Assembly: GCA_043228905.1 (NCBI GenBank)
Contig: JBHGNT010000010.1
Span: forward strand, 21,080,001 to 21,144,000
Length of the DNA: 64,000 nucleotides
From: Azolla caroliniana
Taxonomy: Eukaryota > Plantae > Polypodiophyta
Direction of reading: 5' to 3'
The position numbers were made by a program, and so were the translations under genes. The notes beneath the pieces were generated by a model. The model was not told the DNA's origin. It was given only the letters and a program-made list of their open reading frames with translations, and made no database searches. Below, in pieces: positions 55,753-64,000 of the stretch. The number at the start of each line of letters is the position of its first letter. Position 1 is the first letter of the stretch.

Positions 55753-56523
55753 ACATGTATTATAGCTAGGAAATTTTGGCTCCCCGAAAACGGAGGTTGT
55801 ATGTTAACGGGTAATGGTACCCAGGAGAGGAAGCATGCGGAGAGACGACTTAGGGTGTGTGGAGTTCTCTTACCCAACGAAGAAATTAGCGGCGTCGTGG
55901 AGGCGATCTCTTTTGATGACACCTTGGGCGAATTACGAAAGGTGGTCGGTCAAGGCCTTAACGAAGACCGGACCGTTCCGGTTAGCTCGATGGGAATGTA
56001 CGAAGTCATCGCGGACTTCAGGGAGAGGATCCGGTTGGATTGAACGGCCCGTGTGGACACAAAGTATAAGACTGTGGACCGGAAGGTGAGGTCAATTGCG
56101 GCACCCCTGCCGGAGGGCAGCGGAGAGCGGATAAAAGGGGTCGCGTCGGACCCAAGTTTACGGAAACTAGCTGGCATAGGGCACCGGTTCACCGACATAA
56201 CGCTACGGGAGCTCAAGGTTGGTGGGGGTGGCTTTCTACTGCCGGAGGAGGAGGACTGGTTTCGGAGGATGCTCAGAAGGCATGGGAAGGCCTTCGCGTT
56301 CTCGCAGGAGGAGATTGGGTGCGTAGACCCGACAATCGTCGAGCCAATGGTGATCTTCACGGTACCACATGTGCGGTGGAATCTCAAGCCGATTCCGGTG
56401 TCCAAGCTCACATCCCGATGTTGATGGAGCCACTGAAGCAGAAAGTGGATATGGGCATCCTCGAACCGTCGAATGCCCCATACTCGAATCGGTGGTTCAC
56501 GGTGCCAAAGAAGAACGACACGT

Positions 56524-58409
56524 TGTTGCGTTGCTACGCACGTGCGTGGAGAACAAGGCGGGACCACTGGGGTCTTGGACCGAGGACTAGGTGAGAAAAG
56601 GGAGGGAGAGAGAGAGAGACGCTCACACACGTATAGACAAAGAAGCGCACGGGGACGCGGCCCAACAACACAGGAGACACGAGTTGAGAACACTAACGTA
56701 TGTAGATAAATATGTGTATGTATTTGTATGTATGCAGACGACTCGAACGGTTACAGCCGATCAGGTCGGCGAGACGGATGCTGGCGCCTGATCACCCACA
56801 CACACAGGAGAGCAAGATGGAGATTCTGCCAGAAGCACACGGGCGTTCCACGGAGCAGGATCAGCCTCCTGAGAACCTGCGCAAAAGAAAGCTATGGAGA
56901 ACGACAGAGAAGAAGAGCTCGGTCCCAGTCCGACAACACTTCGTTCCCTCTAGCGCACGATACCCTTCTCTCCCCGTCTCCCTCTCTTTTATAGCTCAAG
57001 GAGGGAGGCCGTTTCACCCGTTTACATCACATTAATTCTCTGTCCTTTCGGACAGAGATACTCCTTGATTCTCCCTATAGAATATTGCTACCTAGGATTC
57101 AACTTTTGTGCCTACCTATCTACTATACAACAAGGGACGCGCCCACGTGTAAGGGCCGGTTCACACACATGCTATACACGGTTTGCGCCTAGGGTTGGTT
57201 TTCTTCACGACATCCGCCCCCACCTAACCGCGCATCCACCGGTATGCGCCGAAATTGGGTTCCTACGGGAGAAAACCGATCCTTGCTTTTATTCCTCGTT
57301 TACCGGTTCATCCTCCGCCTCGGGCTGCTCGTCGCTGTTGTCCATGCCCCCTGGCTCCGGCTCACCGTCGTGTCATTTCTTGAACGTTTTGATCCTCTTC
57401 CCCGCTACCGGTATCGCCATTCTCGTACCGTCGAGCTCCGCGAGATGGTACGTCCCATTGTCGTTGGCGCCTGTTACTACGTAAGGCCCGAACCACCTCC
57501 TCGCAAACTTCCGCGTGGCTCTGTGCTGATTGTCGAGGTTGCTGTCGTAGACTAGCACCCAGTCGCCTTCCTCGATCTTCCTTGACCGGAGTTGGTGTGT
57601 TCGGTCGAACCGGGCTTTGTTCCTTATCCTCGCTACCCGAAGTTTCTCCACGGCTCGCTCTACGTCCTCCGGCCTCCGCTTGAGCTGTCGAACCCGCGCC
57701 GCCAACAGTTCCTCCCGGCTCATCTCATCCCTCCAGTACACCGTGGCCCACGAGGAGATCGTTCGCTCTGTTGGCATGATCGGCTTCTATCCGAACATAA
57801 GCTCGGCCGGCATGAACCCGGTTACCAAACTGTGCGTAGTCCGGTGTCGTGAAGAATTTTGTCCAAAGGCGGAAACCGGGAAACATTGGCTACATCGGCG
57901 GGGTGCAGCATGTGTGCTCACCCTTGTACATTTAGTGTGAATAACGAGGGTGCCGTTATTGCGCCGAAGAGTAGTCAAGTCGGGACAGACGATCCCATGT
58001 AAGTAGGGATTTATCCCACATTGTAACGGATCTCTCTCCTTGTTCTATAAAGGGAAGGGAGCGCCCTTTGTGAAGGGGTTGCCCATTTTGCGTTAGAGGG
58101 TATACCGTTAGATTTAGGGTTAGTGACATTTCTTCTTCTTGTTCTTCTTCCCCCTTCGTGCTCGCTTAGGGTTTGCTTCAACTCATCTCTTGCGCAAGAC
58201 CCCGCTCGGCGCGACAAGCCCGTGAGCTCCCCCGACCGGCGGCTTGGCAGCCGACAACTACTGTAACCTACCTTGGTCCGGCTCGAAGCCGGGAATGTAT
58301 TCTTTCTTTTATATATATATACATTTGCGTCTGTCTATGTATATTGACGTCTCTGTTGGTGTCGAGTGCTTCTCCTTTCCTGCGTTTCTTGTACATAAGG
58401 GCGTGAGTC

Positions 58410-58445
<36 letters not shown>

Positions 58446-61400
58446 TGATGTTATACGCGCACTCCCTCTCTCTTCTCTCTCTCCCTTCGGTTGCTTCCGG
58501 TGTGCTTCTGGGATGCCCCGGAAACGGTGAAGTGCGACTTCCTACGCTCCGTCACTCCCTAGTCCAAGACCCCCGTGGTCCCGCCCTTCTCCATGCACGT
58601 GTGTAGCAACGCGACACCGGTCCGCCCACAAGGCATAAGGTAGCAGCCGTGGCCAGTTCTCGACTTGGCCTCCGCATGCCCGTACTAGCGCTTTGACAAT
58701 TGGCCCGTGTCCGCGCTCCACCTACCCGTTCGCCTCCGGATTGTACGCTGTGGTGAGCAAAAGTTTGACTCCTAGCCGGTCGAACAGCTCTTAGGCCTCT
58801 TCTGCGTCCAACTCACCACGGTCAGCCACGATCTTCCCTACACACCCGTATCGGCATACCACGTCCTCAATCAAAAACCGGCATACGGCTGCAGTCGTCT
58901 TGTTCTGCAGGGCTCGACCTTCAACCTGGTTTGTTAGATCCTCCCGAGCCAGCACCAGATACCGCATCTGTCCTACCCCCATTGGCATCGTCACCAAATC
59001 CACCATCCATTTGAAGTGGACGGTTGGAGGGTAGGTCGGGTGAAGCTCGTCCTGGTGTCGGATCATGGAGTGCACCTGGCAGCTTTCGCAAGTCATCACG
59101 AAACGATGCACGTCCCGGTATAGTCCCGACCACCAGTACTTCCCCTTTAGCTTTTCATACGTGGCCTACGTTACACGGTGTCCAGCCCAAGGACTATCGT
59201 GGTACGCCGCTAGCAAATCCTCATCTTCCTCCTTCTTCGCCACCACTCGGAGCGGGATGTCATTCCTCTTCTTCAGGTGCTTCCATATGTACCCGTCCTG
59301 GAGAAAGAATCGGTAGGCTTTCTTCCGAATCCGGTTGGTCTCATCCGTTGTCCATGCCGCGTCCGGTGTCATTGTTTTCAGGAACCCGCCAATCTGCAGC
59401 CACTCCCGGTATTACTTGCTCTCTTCAAAATCATTAAGCGTTGGAGTGCATTCCCTACCGGTTGTTACGTGAGCCACCTTGAAGAAGTCCACGCCGACTT
59501 CCTCGTCCTCCGAAACCATGCCGCCCTCGTTTTTGAACCTCGCCCTTGAAAGCATGTCGGCCATGGCATTGTCTTTCCCGAAAATGTGTCGTATTTCCGG
59601 ATTCAGGGACTTGATGTACGCTATCCACCTGAGCATTGCCAGGTCCGGCGTCGCGCATCCGGAAACCATGCCAAGAATTGGCAGGCAGTCCGTCTCGATA
59701 ATTACCTCTGCCCCGATCAGGTAGTCTTTATGTCGCTCGTTGAGGACCTTTGTGCCGAACCGGATCGGGAAACGCATGCCGTCCTCGTCCTCTTGGTTGA
59801 CGACCCATCTGATCTCGGTTGGACTCGTGTCTATCGTTACGTAAATTGGAGTGTCCTTTCCGTAGACAGCCTTTCGGAGCGCCGGAGCTGCGGCAAGTGT
59901 TTCCTTCATCTTTCGGACAGATTCCGTATGCTCATCTCTCCACTCGAATTTTCGCCCCTTTTTCAGCAACCCGTATAACGGCTCCGCGACGTGAGCGTAA
60001 TGCGGGATCCATATGTGGTAGAACGCGCACGCTCCCAAGAACCTCCGAACCTCCATGACCGAGCCACAGTCGTCCTTCATCGCGGAGATGGCTTCTACCT
60101 TAGCCGGAGACGGTTTCCGGCCGTACGACCCGCATAGGTGTCCGACGACCATGATCTCTGATTGCCCGAAGGCCGATTTTCCCTCGGAGAAGGTGAGCCT
60201 CGCGCCCTCCAACCTCTGCAGCACCTTCTTGCAGTCATCGATGTGCGTCGCCACGAATTTCCGGCACCCGTCCGGTCCGATCGTCTCGTCCTTTTCCTCC
60301 ACCGGGCATCCCTTGATCGGGACGTTGTCCAGAAATGGCATGGTGATGTCTGGGATACAATCCCTCAACACCTTGTTCATTGCGTTCACCATGTGAGCCA
60401 CCGAGTTTGTCCCTCCTTGTGGTAGGGTACACATCTGTACTAGGCCGAGAGGAGTTCGCATTGTCGTGATGTCTCTGCTCTCTATGGCTAGCTGGAACTG
60501 ATCGTACCCCGAGTAGAGATCACCGACCGAGTAAATCGACCTTCCGGCGAAGGCCTCCGCGAACTCGTCTATTGTTGGTCCAATTCCTGCGTTTCGAATG
60601 GTCACCTTGTTGATCGGCTGCAGGTCTTGAATAAAGCACAACGTGTCGTCCTTCTTTGGCACAATAAACCACCGATACGAGTATGGGGCACTCGACGGTT
60701 CGAGGATGCCCATCTCGACCTTCTGCTTTAACAGCTCCATCAGCTTCGGGATGTGAGCTCTGGGTACTGGAATCGGTTTGAGACTCCACGGCACATGCGG
60801 TACCGTGAATATCACCATTGGTTCCACGATTGTCGGGTCTACGCACCCGATCTCCTTCGGTGAGAATGCGAAAGCCTTCCCGTGCCTTCCAAGCATTCCC
60901 CGAAAACGGTCCTCTTCCGCCGGCAGTAGGAAGCCGCCTCCACCGATTTTGAGCTCGCGTAGCGTTATGTCGGTGAACGTGTGTCCTATGCGGGCCAGAT
61001 TTCGTAAACTCGGGTCCGACGCAACCCCCTTTATTCGCAACTCGCTGCCCTTTGGCAAGGGAGCCGCGACTGGCCTCACCTTCCGGTCCACAGTCCTGTA
61101 CCTCGTGTCCACCCGGGCCGTCCGATCCGACTCGAGCCCTCTACTGAAGTCCGCGATGACTTCGTACATCCTTTCTGAACATACCGGAATCGTCCGGTCC
61201 TCTTTAAGGACTCCTCCGACTACCTCTCGTAGCTCCCCCAAGGTATCGTCGAAAAAGACCGCCTCTATGGCTCCGTTGATTTCCTCTCCAAGGCCGAGGA
61301 TACCACATGCCCGAAGTCGCTCCTCCGCCCTTTTCTTCTCCCGGCCAACAACGTCGACTATCGTACACCCTCCGTTGTCGGAGAACCAAAATTTCCTACT

Positions 61401-61500
61401 TAATAGTATAAGTCTTCTTCACTATTGTACACTTGTGGGGTTTTGCCGGAGTGTCCGGACTATCGCGGCCCCACGCCTTGATAGCCCTCTCTAAAAATTC
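56524..61500 (-). mobile_element. Ty3/gypsy element G (RT, RNase H, integrase, PPT, 3' LTR 56524-57212), 5'-truncated
   Basis: DLYSGYDQ, LPQGGTNS, PFLDNVP (catalytic DD changed to DN), ADMLSR, integrase HHCC (H...GH...CESC), ADRGE, GPY/F module WFGPYVV; PPT reverse complement TCCGCCCCCACCT at 57213. Confidence 0.92.
57845..58616 (+). mobile_element. Solo LTR H (family of element F) in the integrase of G
   Basis: Collinear with the F LTRs; 4-bp TSD CCGG (57841-57844, 58617-58620). Confidence 0.93.
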
Positions 61501-64000
61501 TCTAACAAATGGGAATTCGGCATGAATTCAGTTGCAGATACACGCCGGAGCAGAACGGCGTGGCCGAGAGGAAGAATCGGTCAGTTGTGGAAGCGGCACG
61601 GGCAATGCTCGAGGAGAAGAGCTTGCCCAAGTTCTATTGGGCCGAGGTGGTAAGGACCGCGGTATACATTCAGAACCGGATCGGAGACAAAGTGTCAGCG
61701 CACGAGCAATATTTCAGAACGAAGCCGAACTTGCGACACTTGAGGGTGTTCGGTAGCATTGCGTATGTGCATATACCGAAGGAGAAAAGGAGGAAGCTGG
61801 ACGCAAAGGCCGAGAAATGCATCTTGGTCGGTTACTCGGACGAGCAGAAGGGTTATAAGTGCTATAACCCTCGCACCAAACAAGCGCGTGTCAGCCGCGA
61901 CGTTGTGTTTGACGAGTCCGCGTCCTGGTACCTGCCCCCGACTACGAACCTCGACTCCAATCCGAGCTCTGACGATGAGGTCACTGAGGCCGAGATGCCT
62001 CTGGATGAGCCCGAAATCGAGACCCGCGAAGAGAGTCTGATTTCACTCCGGTTAAGTGGACCGATTGGACGACTGAGTCGGTACGACCAGTCCGATGAAG
62101 AGCTGGCGAGTAGTGGAGACTCGGCCGTGCATTCCCCGTGTAGGAAGCCGAGGAGACGACTTACGCGCAAAGAGAAAGGGAAGAAGAAGGTGTCGGATTC
62201 CGGCACGGAAAGGAACGAGTCAGACCGACGCGAGTCCGACTCCGAGGGAACCGGTGACGGGTCTTTAAAGATGAAGACCGCGTCGACCGAGGAGGCCTCG
62301 ACATCGGCTAATGTGAGATTATGCCGATCTACCCGCCAGAAGAATCCTGTTTTGTGGTTCGGATACAACGAGTACATGACCCGTGTAGCGGAAGTGCGTG
62401 AGCCGGAGAGCTACGCAGAAGCGGCTAAAGACGCGAATTGGCGTGCCGCGATGGAGGAAGAGATGCACGCATTGGCAGAGAACGAGACCTGGGACCTGGT
62501 TGATGCACCAAGAGGGGTAAAACCGATCGGGTGTAGGTGGGTGTACAAAGTCAAGTACAACACCGATGGCTCAGTCAACCGGTACAAGGCTCGGCTAGTG
62601 ACAAAGGGCTACGTGTAGAAACACGACATCGACTACGATGAGACATTTGCGCGGGTCGCGAAAATGACGACCGTCCGTGTTTTGCTCGCAGTAGCCTCGG
62701 CCAAGGGGTGGCACCTACATCAAATGGATGTAAAGAATGCGTTCCTACAAGGTGACCTTGAGGAACAAGTGTACATGGTACAGCCCCCCGGATTTCACTC
62801 CGGAACGAACTCCTCGGCAGTATGCCGACTGAAGAAGTCCCGTTACGGACTGAAGCAAGGCTCGTGTGCCTGGAACGCGAAGATCACGCAACAACTGCGT
62901 CGGATGGGCTTTGTCACGTCAAAATCGGACTCATCCCTGTTCATCCGGAAAGGTCGACTCGGACCGGTTAGTATTCTACTATATGTCGATGACTTGGTCA
63001 TCACCGGCGCTGACCTAGGTGAAATCGACCGCGTGAAGCTCCAGCTTGCGGCATCGTTCGACATGAAGGATCTGGGGGACCTTCATTACTTCCTCGGGAT
63101 CGAAGTGATTCGTACCCCTGAAGGCATATTGATCAGCCAACGTCATTACGTGCTGAGTATGCTCTTCAAATTCGGGATGGCCGACTGTAAGTCCGTCTCG
63201 ACTCCTCTAGACAGAACCGTCAAGCTTCGTCCCGATACGGGAAAGGTATGCGACCCGACGAGGTTCCGACAAATTGTCGGAAGCCTCATATACTTGACCA
63301 TCACCCGACCCGACCTCAGTTATCCGGTCGGAGTGATCAGTCAATTCATGGCGCGACCTACCGAGGAGCACCTTCAGTGTGCGCAACGCGTACTACGGTA
63401 CGTAAGTGGCACTAAGGACCGCGGACTGCTATATCGGACCGGTGCCGCCGCGCAGTTAGTCGGCTACACCGATGCTGATTGGGCTGGCCACGCCGCCGAT
63501 CGCCGATCCACGTCTGGATACGCGTTCTCCCTCGGGAGTGCCGCGATCGCGTGGAGCAGTAAGAAGCAGCCGACAGTTGCACTGTTGAGCACCGAAGCTG
63601 AGTACCGAGGAGCGGCTGTTGTGACATGCGAAGCCATATGGTTGAAGCGGCTACTTAAGGACCTGCAGGTGGAGGTGTTAGATCCGACGATGATCTACTG
63701 CGACAACCTCAACAGCATCCAGCTCGCGAAGAACCCCGTTTTCCACGCACGGACCAAGCACATTGAGGTGCACTACCATTTCGTCCGTGAGCGTGTCCTT
63801 TTTGGTGAAGTTGAACTTCAGTACGTGCCGACGGATCGGCAGACTGCCGACATCTTCACAAAGCCTCTTGGTCTGGACAAGTTGCGGCAATTCTCGGGTG
63901 CACTCGGGTTGCGTCACCTCGACGTGCCAAACTTGAGGGGGAGAACAGTCCCGAACGACCAAGCAAGGCAGCATGAAAGGAGTGGATACCGCGACACCGA
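61501..64000 (+). mobile_element. Ty1/copia element I (integrase C-terminus, RT, RNase H), runs off the window
   Basis: YTPEQNGVAERKNR, KLDAKAEKCILVGY, RYKARLV, QMDVKNAFLQG, LLYVDDL, TRPDL, DADWAG, RTKHIEVHYHF, ADIFTK; some stops and frameshifts. Confidence 0.93.

Larger units (their letters stand above)
46857..56523 (+). mobile_element. Ty3/gypsy element D (5' LTR 46857-47509, tRNA-Trp PBS, gag-protease, -1 frameshift, RT start), interrupted by E and F and cut by G
   Basis: TGTCGTGAAGA...CGACA LTR; PBS TGGTGAACCCAACGTG; gag from 47554 with CMWCDAVGHIRKEC; protease LVDHGLEINLMS; pol KYKTVDRKVR...YSNRWFTVPKK. Frames rejoin when E and F are excised. Confidence 0.9.

Noticed and set aside
47086-62377. 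Many overlapping and antisense ORFs in the GC-rich region
   Set aside because: Expected from low stop-codon frequency; they are alternative frames of gag/pol or LTR sequence with no independent motifs.
42870-64000. Bacterial or fungal contamination, or HGT, suggested by the GC jump
   Set aside because: The GC-rich DNA is accounted for by nested LTR elements with clean TSD junctions and is contiguous with plant-type copia sequence.

Overview
Eukaryotic plant genomic DNA, probably from a non-seed land plant (fern/bryophyte-like TE families; this is an inference). The AT-rich left two-thirds holds two intact, convergent, paralogous multi-exon LRR receptor-like kinase genes (5555-13139 +; 41046-31471 -). 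Both have one-LRR-per-exon architecture, a conserved 8-Cys juxtamembrane module ending in CxxC-x11-CxC (HPCA1/CARD1, LRR-VIII-1-like) and an RD kinase. Between them lie a copia 3' end/LTR, a tRNA-derived SINE, a near full-length L1-type LINE and an RTEX-like LINE 3' end, the last three anchored on (GA)n microsatellites. A second L1 copy is split by a Mutator (MULE) element that carries a captured in-frame fragment. From about 42.9 kb to the end is a GC-rich nest of Ty3/gypsy and Ty1/copia LTR retrotransposons at least six levels deep. The gypsy family has tRNA-Trp PBS, 4-bp TSDs centred on CpG, a -1 frameshift signal located after the protease, and a non-autonomous gag-only partner with an array of about 9 degenerate repeats. 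Most short ORFs in the ORF track are exon read-throughs or antisense/alternative-frame artefacts of TEs.
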